A DNA stretch of 59,219 bases from Gammaproteobacteria bacterium (GTDB lineage Bacteria > Pseudomonadota > Gammaproteobacteria > SZUA-140): NCBI GenBank assembly GCA_020845975.1, contig JADLET010000005.1, positions 1 through 59,219 of the forward strand. Direction: 5' to 3'. The notes below the pieces were generated by a model. It was not told the DNA's origin, did not search any database, and saw nothing but the letters and a program-made list of their open reading frames with translations. This document shows positions 1-10,212 of the stretch, one piece after another (positions within the stretch are counted from its first letter, which is position 1; each line of letters opens with the position of its first letter). The translations under genes and the position numbers were made by a program.

Positions 1-270
1 ATGGATTGGCCCGGGAAAACGGCTAAGGATACATGATCTCGAAGCCAATCGCCTAACCTGAGCGCCCGGAAGTGAAGAAGTCATAGTAAACCGTCTCAAG
101 GCAACCATACAAAAAATTGACGCTATGGAATGGCGTCGGAATATCTTATTGTTCTGACAACGAATAGCAAGTCCGCAGCGAAAGCAAGCGTCTGTTATTT
201 GACGGAGCCGTGTGATAGAATTCCGCTTCAATACGGACTGGAAACCCTCTGACCGGGGCTTTTCAGGCGA

Positions 271-1755
271 GTGGCGCAGCAGATCCAGCCGATGAGACTG
301 TCGCCACACCCGGGACCGAACCGTACCGACATGGATTTTTCTATTCAGATCCATGACTTGAAATCGCAATATAGAAAACAGATCAAGACGGGCAAGAACT
401 TGGCAGGACCAGACCTCAACATCACCGCGCCGCCGCTGACATCCAAAGTCTTGCAGCTGCTCGCCGAGCAGGACCAGACCCCTGCGGTAGGGGTCATCAC
501 CCGACACGTCAGGGAGATCCTTGACTCCCACGAGCGCGAGGCGGAACAGAATCTGACGCTCTGCACCTCCCTGCTGCGCGACATGGTCGGGGCCTATGCG
601 AAGCTCTTCCCGGATGCCAGCCCGCAACAGCTCGAAGCCAGGCTACTCGGGGTGCGCCTTACCCAGCGGCCCGACCGCGCCCAACTGGAACAGCTGAGGC
701 AGCACATCATCGCCCTGGCCCAGGCGGCGGGGGGCCTCGCCTCCGCCGCCGCCCCCGGAGCGGCCAAACCGGAACCGGCCTCCTCGACAGAGCGGGCCGA
801 CATTGCGGAACAACCCGCCCGGGAAACCGCGCCACAGACCGAAGCGCTCGAAATCCACCCCGAGGCCGCCGCGCAGCAGCCGACTGAGTCCGGCGAGGAT
901 CGGCGGCTGGACACCGACCAGCACCGCCTGATCGACGAAAAACGCACCCGGGTTCAGAAGGTTCAGGAAACGCTGGCGCATCAGGTGCGCGAGGTCATCA
1001 AACAGAATGAACGTTTCGGCGCGATTCTCTCCAGCGAGCATGAAAATCTGCTGCGCAGCGGCGACGATGCGGATCTGCGTCAATTGAAACAGTCGCTCAT
1101 CACCGAGGTGGCGACACTGCGCGAGGGTCACGGCGCGCTGACCAAGAAACTCGAGATGGCGAACAATTACCTCCGCATTATCGAAACCGAGGGGCAATAC
1201 CTCAACGACGAGCTCACCCGGGTCCACATCCTCAGCCTGACCGACGAACTGACGGAGCTGCCGAACCGGCGCGCATTCGTGCGGCGACTGGAAGACGAAG
1301 TGGCCCGTGTGCAGCGTTACGGCTACCCGCTCTCGCTCGCCCTGATCGACATGGATGGGTTCAAGTCTGTCAACGACAAGTACGGCCACGCGGCGGGAGA
1401 CGAAGTGCTGCGCAATTTCTCCACCAATATCCTCGCCATCTTCCGCCACCACGACATGGTGGCGCGCTATGGTGGCGAAGAATTCGCCGTGCTGCTGCCG
1501 AACACTGACAAGGCGGGCGCCCTGCGCGCGCTGGAGAAGGTCAAGAAACGCACCGCGGAAAGCTCATACCAGCACGAAGGCCGGGCCATGCCGATGCCGA
1601 CATTTTCGGCCGGCATCTCGCTGTACAAGCCGGGGGAAACGCCAGGAAGCCTGATCGACCGCGCGGACAAGGCGCTCTATCAGGCCAAGCGCACGGGCCG
1701 CAACCGCATCGAACTGGCGCAGCACGACGGCGGTGCCGAACCCGCGCCGCGCTGA
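271..1755 (+). CDS. Diguanylate cyclase (GGDEF domain) with an uncharacterised N-terminal region of about 320 aa containing a coiled coil
   Basis: The C-terminal 170 aa show the GGDEF family signature (ELPNRRAF, LIDMDGFKSVND, GHAAGD, RYGGEEFAVLLP, ALYQAKRTGRNR). An RxxD I-site (RHHD) lies 5 residues before GGEEF. The start is uncertain: GTG 271, ATG 292 or ATG 331. Confidence 0.85.
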   Translation: MAQQIQPMRLSPHPGPNRTDMDFSIQIHDLKSQYRKQIKTGKNLAGPDLNITAPPLTSKVLQLLAEQDQTPAVGVITRHVREILDSHEREAEQNLTLCTSLLRDMVGAYAKLFPDASPQQLEARLLGVRLTQRPDRAQLEQLRQHIIALAQAAGGLASAAAPGAAKPEPASSTERADIAEQPARETAPQTEALEIHPEAAAQQPTESGEDRRLDTDQHRLIDEKRTRVQKVQETLAHQVREVIKQNERFGAILSSEHENLLRSGDDADLRQLKQSLITEVATLREGHGALTKKLEMANNYLRIIETEGQYLNDELTRVHILSLTDELTELPNRRAFVRRLEDEVARVQRYGYPLSLALIDMDGFKSVNDKYGHAAGDEVLRNFSTNILAIFRHHDMVARYGGEEFAVLLPNTDKAGALRALEKVKKRTAESSYQHEGRAMPMPTFSAGISLYKPGETPGSLIDRADKALYQAKRTGRNRIELAQHDGGAEPAPR

Positions 1756-1764
1756 CACGCCGCC

Positions 1765-2706
1765 CTACGGGGTCGTCGCGTCGGCCTCCGCGCCCTCTTT
1801 CTTCACCGGCAGCAGATTCTCGCGCGACACCCCCAGCCACATGGCTATCGGGCTGGCAACCAGCATCGACGAATAAATCCCGAATACGATACCGATCGTC
1901 AGAGCCAGCGCGAAATAAAACAGCACTTCGCCGCCGAAAAACAGCATGGACAGCACCACCAGCTCGGTCATCGTATGGGTGATGACCGTGCGCGACATCG
2001 TTACCGTGAGGGCATGATCGATAGTCTCCGGCACAGGCATCTTGCGCTTCATGCGGAAGATTTCCCGGATACGATCGAAGATGACCACGGATTCATTGAC
2101 CGAGTATCCGAGCACCGCCAGCACACCGGCCAGCACGGCGAGGGTGAATTCCCACTGGAAGAAGGAAAAGAAGCCCAGGATGATCACCACATCGTGCAGG
2201 TTGGCGATGATGCCCGCGATGGCGAAACGCCACTCGAAGCGCATGGCCAGGTAGAGCATGATGCCCGCGCAGACGAGTAACAGGGCCAGCCCCCCGCTGT
2301 CGTAAAGTTCCTGGCCGACCTGCGGCCCGACGAATTCCACGCGCAACAGTTCGACATTCGGCTCCTGCCTCTTCAGCAGTTCCAGCACCTCCTGGCTCGT
2401 CTGTGCAGAGGACTTGTCCTGCTGCAGGCGCAGACGAATGAGCACATCCTGGGCGGTGCCGTAGCTCTGCACCGTGACGTCGCGGTAACCCTCATCCTCC
2501 AGCACGGAGCGGATCTGCTGCAGATTCGCCGCCTGCGCGTAACGCACCTCGACCAGAATGCCGCCGGTGAATTCGATGCTCAGATTAAGCCCGCGCGTCG
2601 CCAGCGCCGCCACCGCCGCAATGAACAGGATGGCCGATACCACGGTGGTGGACCGGGCGTACTTCATGAAGGGAATGTCTTTCCTGATATGGAAGAACTC
2701 TATCAT
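1765..2706 (-). CDS. secF: Protein translocase subunit SecF
   Basis: 313 aa with a six-TM SecF-like sequence (FTGG, RTVITH). It lies directly downstream of secD in the conserved yajC-secD-secF order. Confidence 0.95.
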   Translation of the reverse strand: MIEFFHIRKDIPFMKYARSTTVVSAILFIAAVAALATRGLNLSIEFTGGILVEVRYAQAANLQQIRSVLEDEGYRDVTVQSYGTAQDVLIRLRLQQDKSSAQTSQEVLELLKRQEPNVELLRVEFVGPQVGQELYDSGGLALLLVCAGIMLYLAMRFEWRFAIAGIIANLHDVVIILGFFSFFQWEFTLAVLAGVLAVLGYSVNESVVIFDRIREIFRMKRKMPVPETIDHALTVTMSRTVITHTMTELVVLSMLFFGGEVLFYFALALTIGIVFGIYSSMLVASPIAMWLGVSRENLLPVKKEGAEADATTP

Positions 2707-2716
2707 GCGGCCTCCA

Positions 2717-4570
2717 TCAGATCGCCAGCTTGCTCAGCTTGCGTCCGCCATAAACCAGATTCACCAGTGCGCGTGAGATCATCACGGCGCTGAACATAGA
2801 GGTAAGTATTCCGATGCACAATACCACTGCAAATCCACGCACCGGACCGGAACCAAGCAGGAACAGCGAAAAACCGGCGATCAGCGTCGTGACATTCGAA
2901 TCGAGAATCGTGCCCCAGGCACGTTCGTAACCGGTATGGATGGCGGCCTGGGGAGAGTTGCCGATACGCAACTCCTCACGCACGCGCTCGAAAATCAGCA
3001 CGTTGGCATCGATCGCCATGCCGATGGTCAGCGCGATACCGGCAATGCCGGGCAGTGTCAGGGTCAACTGCAGCATCGACAATACGGCCACCAGCAATAC
3101 CAGGTTGCTGAACAGCGAAATGGAGGCGATGACACCGAAGACCCGGTAATAGAAGCTCATGAACAGCACGATCGCGGCTAAACCGATCAGTGTCGAATTG
3201 AATCCGCGCTCGATGTTCTGCGCCCCCAGGCTTGGCCCGATAGTCCGCTCCTCGACGATCTCGATCGGGGCCGCGAGCGCGCCGGCACGCAGCAGCAGAG
3301 CCAGGTTGCGCGCCTCGGTCGGGCTGTCCAGGCCCGTGATCTGGAAGCGCTTGCTGAACTGGTCGCGGATGGTGGCGACGTTGATCACCTCCTCGACCGT
3401 CTTCGATTCCTTGACTGGCGCGCCATCGACCATGCGGGTGTGGGACTTGTTCTCGATGAACACCACCGCCATGGGCTTGCCGATGTTTTCCTTGGTCGTC
3501 TGCAGCATCTGGCGCGCGCCCTTGCTGTCCAGGGTGACATAGACCGCGGGGGAGCCGGACTGCTGATCAAGCCCCGAGGCCGCATCGATGATCTGGTCGC
3601 CTGTAACAATGATGCGGCGCTCGAGCAGGACAGGGTTTCCGTTGCGCTCGCGATACAGCCGTGACCCAACCGGAGTCTTGCCCGCCAGCGCGGCCGTGAT
3701 GTCTCCGTTGCCGTCCACCATGCGGAACTCGAGCGTGGCGGTGGCTCCAAGGATTTCCTTGGCGCGGGCGGGATCCTGCACGCCGGGCAACTGCACCACT
3801 ATGCGGTCGCTACCCTGGCGCTGGATCACCGGCTCGGCGACACCCAGCTCGTTGATGCGGTTGCGCAGGGTAAGGACGTTCTGCTGCAGCGCGAAATTTT
3901 TCGCCTCAAGTACCTCTTTGTCGCTGAGCGACGCCACCAGGTAATAGGCGCCGTCCGCCTCGCTCTCATTCAACAGCAGCGCCGGGAACTCACGGCCGAT
4001 CCTCTCCTGGGCCGCGGCACGGTCCTCAGCGCTGCGAAATCTGGCCTCCACCCCGCCACCGGCGCGACTGATGGAGAGGTAGCGGATCTTGTCGTCGCGC
4101 AGAAGCGCGCGCAGATCGCTCACGTAGCGCTCCTCGGCCTGGGCCACGGCGGCGATCATGTCCACTTCCATCAGGAAGTGGACGCCGCCACGCAGGTCGA
4201 GCCCGAGATACATCGGCGCCGCACTCAGCTCTCCCATCCATTTCGGCGTGGCAGGCACCAGATTCAGCGCCACCACATAATCCTCGCCGAGCGCATCGAT
4301 CAACTGACCCTGCGCCTTCAACTGGACATCAGTGTCGGCGAAATGCAGGGTAATTCTCTCGTTCTCCTGCTCGATAGCAAGAAAACCCAGATCCGCGCCT
4401 TTCAACACCTTTTCGATACGCGCCTTCTCCGCGTCACCGAGGCTGGCGCCGCGCAATGCTGAGACCTGAACCACCGGCACTTCGCCGTACAAATTCGGGA
4501 TCGCGTACATGAACCCGACGATCAACAGCGCGAGGATCAGCAGATTCTTCCACAATGGATAGCGATTCAT
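2717..4570 (-). CDS. secD: Protein translocase subunit SecD
   Basis: 617 aa with an N-terminal TM, a large periplasmic domain and a C-terminal SecD/F TM bundle ([26 protein letters not shown]). Confidence 0.95.
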   Translation of the reverse strand: MNRYPLWKNLLILALLIVGFMYAIPNLYGEVPVVQVSALRGASLGDAEKARIEKVLKGADLGFLAIEQENERITLHFADTDVQLKAQGQLIDALGEDYVVALNLVPATPKWMGELSAAPMYLGLDLRGGVHFLMEVDMIAAVAQAEERYVSDLRALLRDDKIRYLSISRAGGGVEARFRSAEDRAAAQERIGREFPALLLNESEADGAYYLVASLSDKEVLEAKNFALQQNVLTLRNRINELGVAEPVIQRQGSDRIVVQLPGVQDPARAKEILGATATLEFRMVDGNGDITAALAGKTPVGSRLYRERNGNPVLLERRIIVTGDQIIDAASGLDQQSGSPAVYVTLDSKGARQMLQTTKENIGKPMAVVFIENKSHTRMVDGAPVKESKTVEEVINVATIRDQFSKRFQITGLDSPTEARNLALLLRAGALAAPIEIVEERTIGPSLGAQNIERGFNSTLIGLAAIVLFMSFYYRVFGVIASISLFSNLVLLVAVLSMLQLTLTLPGIAGIALTIGMAIDANVLIFERVREELRIGNSPQAAIHTGYERAWGTILDSNVTTLIAGFSLFLLGSGPVRGFAVVLCIGILTSMFSAVMISRALVNLVYGGRKLSKLAI

Positions 4571-4594
4571 GGCGGGCTCGTCCGGAAATCCGGA

Positions 4595-4939
4595 TCAGTC
4601 TCCCTTTTCTTTGCCGAGGGTGCCCTTGGGAAGCATGGATGTGATCGCCGATTTCTGTAACTTGACCACCACGCCCTCGGCGACCTCAACAGCGGCGAAA
4701 TTATCGTCGACCTTGGTGACCCGGCCGAGCAACCCGCCGGTGGTCACCACCTCGTCGCCCTTGGTCAACGCGGCGACCATTTTCTTGTGTTCCTTCGCGC
4801 GCTTCATCTGCGGCCGCAAGAGGAGAAAATAGAAAATGACGAAAATGAGGATGAGCGGGATGAGGCTGGCGAATCCGGACTGCGCGGGCGCGCCGCCGGT
4901 CTGAGCCCATGCATCTTTGATGAAGAATTCCATGTTCAC
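4595..4939 (-). CDS. yajC: Preprotein translocase subunit YajC
   Basis: 114 aa with a single TM and the YajC motif FYFLLLRPQMKRAKEHKKM. It sits between tgt and secD as in E. coli. Confidence 0.9.
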   Translation of the reverse strand: MNMEFFIKDAWAQTGGAPAQSGFASLIPLILIFVIFYFLLLRPQMKRAKEHKKMVAALTKGDEVVTTGGLLGRVTKVDDNFAAVEVAEGVVVKLQKSAITSMLPKGTLGKEKGD

Positions 4940-4976
4940 CTTCCTGTAAAATCAAGCCTGGCCATAAAGCGGGGTA

Positions 4977-6104
<1,128 letters not shown>

Positions 6105-6212
6105 CGTGTCAGGTGCGGTTCCAAGGTTGCAGGGGAAAGAATCACGGCCGCTTGCCGTTGTTCGGTCGCGCACATTTTATGCGTCTTTATCACTCTTTGC
6201 ATCCTGTGCCCG

Positions 6213-7235
6213 TCAGACAATGAGCATTGCATCGCCATAGCTGAAGAAGCGGTAGCGCGCCGCAACCGCATGACGATACGCCGACATCACCTGCCCGTGG
6301 CCAGCAAAGGCACAGACCAGCATGAGCAGCGTGGAATGTGGCATGTGAAAATTGGTGAGCATGCCGTCGATAGCCCGAAAACGGTATCCCGGCGTGATGA
6401 AGATATCCGTCTCCGCGTGAAACGGCCGGGGTCCGTCCGCGTCCGACGCGGCCTCCAGCGCGCGTACCACGGTCGTGCCGACCGCGATGACACGCCCGCC
6501 GCGCGCCCGCGTCGCGCGGATCTCCGCGCAGGTCTGCGCATCAACCTCGACGCGCTCGCTGTGCATGCGATGCTGTCCAAGATCCTCGCAACGCACCGGC
6601 TGGAAGGTGCCGGCGCCGACATGCAGCGTGATCCGGGCGCGCGAAACACCTGCCGCGTCGAGGCGTCCGAGCAGGTCCGCATCGAAATGCAGTCCGGCCG
6701 TCGGCGCGGCGACCGCCCCCTCGTTGCGCGCGAAGACGGTCTGGTAACGCTCGCGATCGACCTCGTCGGCAGGACGGGTGATATACGGGGGCAATGGCAG
6801 GACCCCGCGGGCATGCATCAAGTCGTCGATGCTGTTACCGCCGTCGAGACGCAATTCATAGAATCCCCCGTTCGCGCGCCGAATTACCTCGGCGACCATA
6901 CCGCCATCAAGAACCACGCGGCCGCCGGCGCGCAAGGGCTTGCTCGCGCGGATCTGCGCCAGGGCCGTATCCCGCTCGAGGACGCGCTCGACCAGCACCT
7001 CGACCCGGCCGCCGGTGTCCTTGACGCCCGCCAGGCGCGCCGGCATGACGCGGGTATCGTTGAATACCAGCAGATCGCCGGCCCGCAGCAGACCGGGCAG
7101 TTCCGCGAGCATGCGATCGCGATACTCCCCGCCCGGTCTGTCGAGGCACAACAGGCGGCTGTCACTGCGCACCGGCAGAGGGGCCTGGGCGACAAGCTCG
7201 TCGGGCAGCTCGTAGAAGAAATCGGAAAGGCGCAT
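6213..7235 (-). CDS. queA: S-adenosylmethionine:tRNA ribosyltransferase-isomerase
   Basis: 341 aa counted from the internal ATG at 7235 (MRLSDFFYELPDELVAQ..., canonical QueA N-terminus; GTTVVRALE, FFSYGDAMLI C-terminus). The longer ORF reaching 7424 would run through the tRNA gene and is rejected. Confidence 0.93.
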   Translation of the reverse strand: MRLSDFFYELPDELVAQAPLPVRSDSRLLCLDRPGGEYRDRMLAELPGLLRAGDLLVFNDTRVMPARLAGVKDTGGRVEVLVERVLERDTALAQIRASKPLRAGGRVVLDGGMVAEVIRRANGGFYELRLDGGNSIDDLMHARGVLPLPPYITRPADEVDRERYQTVFARNEGAVAAPTAGLHFDADLLGRLDAAGVSRARITLHVGAGTFQPVRCEDLGQHRMHSERVEVDAQTCAEIRATRARGGRVIAVGTTVVRALEAASDADGPRPFHAETDIFITPGYRFRAIDGMLTNFHMPHSTLLMLVCAFAGHGQVMSAYRHAVAARYRFFSYGDAMLIV

Positions 7236-7272
7236 CACATTGGTGCGCGCGGGCAGAAGCCGTGGCTTGTTG

Positions 7273-7302
7273 TTGTCATGTCCGTACGAGGGCTTGTATA
7301 CT
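7273..7302 (+). promoter_or_regulatory. Candidate sigma70 promoter of tRNA-Leu
   Basis: TTGTCA (7273-7278), an 18-nt spacer, then TATACT (7297-7302). This puts a start about 5-8 nt before the mature tRNA 5' end at 7315. Confidence 0.45.
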
Positions 7303-7314
7303 CTCACGCTGCGC

Positions 7315-7401
7315 GCCGGGGTGGCGGAACAGGTAGACGCGCCGGACTCAAAATCCGGTGGTTTCACGACCGTGAGAGTTCGAGTCTCTCTCCCGGCACC
7401 A
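7315..7401 (+). tRNA. tRNA-Leu, anticodon CAA (class II, long variable arm, encoded CCA)
   Basis: Hand-folded cloverleaf: acceptor GCCGGGG/TCCCGGC, D arm GCG..CGC, anticodon stem CCGGA/TCCGG with loop CTCAAAA, a 15-nt variable arm, T arm GAGAG-TTCGAGT-CTCTC, then discriminator A and CCA. Confidence 0.93.
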
Positions 7402-7628
7402 CACGCACCAGATACATCCGGCAAAAGATGCCGAGAGACTATATCACAATTGCCGTCCCATCCCGCCCCGCGGCCCCGCCGCGGCGCTGCGGCCTTTCCT
7501 GTCCTCCGGATTCAGGATTCAGGCCCACCGCCCGATACAATGTGGCATCAGCAGTGCTTTCGCTACGCGGCAGCGGCTGATTTCTTCACCCATCGATTTG
7601 ATCTGATCCTCGCAAGGAACTATAGGCA

Positions 7629-10190
7629 ATGACAGGAACGCGCTTTTCCCTCGAAGTCCGCCCGGTGATCCCGGGACGCCTCAGCAGACTGAATGAACTC
7701 GCGAACGATCTTCTCTACAGCTGGGACAGCCAGGTCCGCGGCCTGTTCGTCCGCCTCGATTCCGATCTGTGGGAGCGCTGCGGGCACAGCCCCAAGGTAT
7801 TCCTGCGACGCATCTCGCAACATGTCCTCGAAACCGCCGCGGCGGACACCGTCTATCTGCAGGACTACGACCGCATCCTCGCGGCCTATGACTCCTATCT
7901 GAAACACCGCAACGCGGGCCGGCGCGGACTCAGCATCTTCGATCCCGATTCCGACCTGGTCGCCTATTTCTGCGCCGAATTCGGGCTGCACGAAAGCTTC
8001 CCGATCTATTCCGGCGGACTCGGCATCCTGGCGGGAGACCATTGCAAGGCGGCGAGCGACCTCGGCATTCCCTTCGTCGCGGTCGGCCTGCTGTACCGGG
8101 AAGGTTATTTTCATCAGACCATCGACGGTAACGGAAATCAGGTCGCACATTATTTCAACACCAGCCCCGAGGTCCTGCCGATCACCCCGGCGCGCGACGC
8201 CCAGGGCCAGGATGTGCACGTGCGGGTGGAAATGCCCGGCCGCAGCGTCGAACTGAAGGTATGGAAGGCAAAGGCAGGCCACATCACGCTGTACTTTCTC
8301 GACAGCGACCTGCCGACGAACAACGATCACGACCGCCGCATCACCTACCAGCTCTACGGCGGCGACATCAACACGCGCATCCAGCAGGAAATCGTGCTCG
8401 GCATCGGCGGCGTGCGCGCACTGCGCGCGGTGGGCCTGTCGCCCACCGTCTGGCACATCAACGAAGGACACGCGGCGTTCCAGATCCTGGAGCGCTGCCG
8501 TGATCGCATGCAGCAGGGACTGAGCTTCGAGGCGGCGCTGGAGCTGGTCGCGGCCGGAACCGTGTTCACCACCCACACACCGGTGCCGGCCGGCCACGAC
8601 ATCTTCCATCATGACCTGATCCTGCCCTATTTCGAGCGCTACATCCGCGAGACGCGCATCGGCGAAAAGAAATTCCTCGCCCTCGGCGCGTACCCGACCA
8701 ATGACAAGGGCTTCAACATGACGGCGCTCGCCCTGCGCGGGTCGCGTTTCCAGAACGGAGTCAGCCGCATTCACGGCGACGTGGCGTCACAGATGGAAAG
8801 TTACATCTGGCCGCAGATCCCGCCGGTCGAAAACCCCATCACCTATGTCACCAACGGCGTCCACGTGCCAACCTTTCTCGCGCAGGAATGGGTCAATCTT
8901 TTTGACATGCACTTCGGACCAGGCTGGCGCAACGAACTGCTCAATGAGGAGTTCTGGGAAGCGATCGAGGACATCCCCGATCACAGCTTCTGGAGCATCC
9001 GTCAAACGCTGAAATCCAAGCTTTACCAGGATATCTACCGGCGCGTCTGCAATCAGCAACGCCGGAACGGCACCAGTCCGACCCAGGTGGAACGCCTGAC
9101 GCGTTACCTCACGATGCCGGAGACGGACATCCTGACCGTCGGATTCGCGCGTCGCTTCGCCACCTACAAGCGCGCCACCCTGCTGTTTTCCGACCCGGAG
9201 CGGCTGGCGCGACTGGTCAACGACCCCGAACGTCCGGTGGTGTTCATCTTCGCTGGCAAGGCCCACCCGCTCGATATACCCGGGCAGCGTCTGCTGCAGG
9301 TGATCCACGAATTCTCGCACCGACCGGAGTTCGAGGGCCGCATCCTGCTGGTCGAAGGCTACGACCTTGCGCTCGGTCGCAAGCTCGTTACCGGAGTCGA
9401 CGTCTGGCTGAACAACCCGGCCTATCCGATGGAGGCCAGCGGCACCTCGGGCGAGAAGGCCGGCATCAACGGGGTGATCAACCTCAGCGTGCTCGACGGC
9501 TGGTGGGGTGAAGGCTACAACGGACAAAACGGCTGGGCGATCACACCGCATGGCCAGCATTTCGACGAGGGCTTCCGCAACAGGGAAGAGGCCAATGAAC
9601 TGTTCGATCTGCTCGAAACCCAGGTTATCCCGCTGTATTACAGCCGCAAGACCCAGGGTTATTCACGGCCGTGGGTGCTCAAGGCCAAGGCTTCGATGAA
9701 GTCACTGATGCCGCGTTTCAATGCCCAGCGCATGGTTATGGATTACGCCGAGAAACTGTACGGGCGGGCGATCCGGCAGCGCGCCCTGCTGAGCGACAAC
9801 GGCGGCGAGCCGGCGAGCCGGCTCGCCGCGTGGAAACAGACGGTTGCCAAAGCCTGGCCCGGAATCTCCATCCGCCGTATCGACAATGGACGCGCCACGG
9901 TGCTGGCGAGCGAGGAACTGAAGATCCAGGTGGCGGCGCGGCTCAATGGCCTGGCCGTCGAGGATGTTTATCTGGAATGCCTGGTTGGCACAGAGCCCGA
10001 ACCGGGCGACTTCACCAATCACAGCGTGTATCGCTTCCAAGCCGATGGCCAGAACGAGCACGGCGAGACTATATTCACGCTGGAACTCCATCCGCCGCTG
10101 GCCGGGCTGCAGTTCTACAAAATCCGCATGTACCCCTACCACAAGCTGCTGAGCCGCCGCTTCGAAACCGGCTACATGCTCTGGCTGTAA
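7629..10190 (+). CDS. glgP: Alpha-glucan (glycogen/maltodextrin) phosphorylase, GT35 family, long bacterial type
   Basis: 853 aa with alpha-glucan phosphorylase signatures (YFCAEFG, GGLGILAGDH, INEGHAAF, FARRFATYKR, EASGTSGEKAGINGV with the PLP lysine region). Confidence 0.9.
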   Translation: MTGTRFSLEVRPVIPGRLSRLNELANDLLYSWDSQVRGLFVRLDSDLWERCGHSPKVFLRRISQHVLETAAADTVYLQDYDRILAAYDSYLKHRNAGRRGLSIFDPDSDLVAYFCAEFGLHESFPIYSGGLGILAGDHCKAASDLGIPFVAVGLLYREGYFHQTIDGNGNQVAHYFNTSPEVLPITPARDAQGQDVHVRVEMPGRSVELKVWKAKAGHITLYFLDSDLPTNNDHDRRITYQLYGGDINTRIQQEIVLGIGGVRALRAVGLSPTVWHINEGHAAFQILERCRDRMQQGLSFEAALELVAAGTVFTTHTPVPAGHDIFHHDLILPYFERYIRETRIGEKKFLALGAYPTNDKGFNMTALALRGSRFQNGVSRIHGDVASQMESYIWPQIPPVENPITYVTNGVHVPTFLAQEWVNLFDMHFGPGWRNELLNEEFWEAIEDIPDHSFWSIRQTLKSKLYQDIYRRVCNQQRRNGTSPTQVERLTRYLTMPETDILTVGFARRFATYKRATLLFSDPERLARLVNDPERPVVFIFAGKAHPLDIPGQRLLQVIHEFSHRPEFEGRILLVEGYDLALGRKLVTGVDVWLNNPAYPMEASGTSGEKAGINGVINLSVLDGWWGEGYNGQNGWAITPHGQHFDEGFRNREEANELFDLLETQVIPLYYSRKTQGYSRPWVLKAKASMKSLMPRFNAQRMVMDYAEKLYGRAIRQRALLSDNGGEPASRLAAWKQTVAKAWPGISIRRIDNGRATVLASEELKIQVAARLNGLAVEDVYLECLVGTEPEPGDFTNHSVYRFQADGQNEHGETIFTLELHPPLAGLQFYKIRMYPYHKLLSRRFETGYMLWL

Positions 10191-10212
10191 CGGCGGCGCA
10201 GCCGCGCGGGCA

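Noticed and set aside
200-245. GAGCCGTGTGA...ATACGGACT resembled a group II intron domain V.
   Set aside because: The helix would have a loop of about 17 nt instead of a GNRA tetraloop, with mismatched lower pairs and no domain VI or IEP context.
7315-7401. Whether the neighbouring tRNA could be an amber suppressor that rescues the TAG in tgt.
   Set aside because: The anticodon loop reads CUCAAAA, so the anticodon is CAA (Leu, UUG codon) and not CUA.
6213-7424. A 403-aa version of queA with a 63-aa N-terminal extension.
   Set aside because: The extension overlaps the tRNA-Leu gene and its promoter and has no similarity to QueA. The canonical N-terminus MRLSDFFYELP starts at ATG 7235.
7402-7628. 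The tRNA-Leu 3' flank as an integration hotspot (GGATTCAGGATTCAGG tandem, CCGCGGC-CCC-GCCGCGG hairpin).
   Set aside because: There is no integrase, no direct repeat of the tRNA 3' end and no foreign gene; glgP follows directly. The hairpin is more simply the tRNA terminator.
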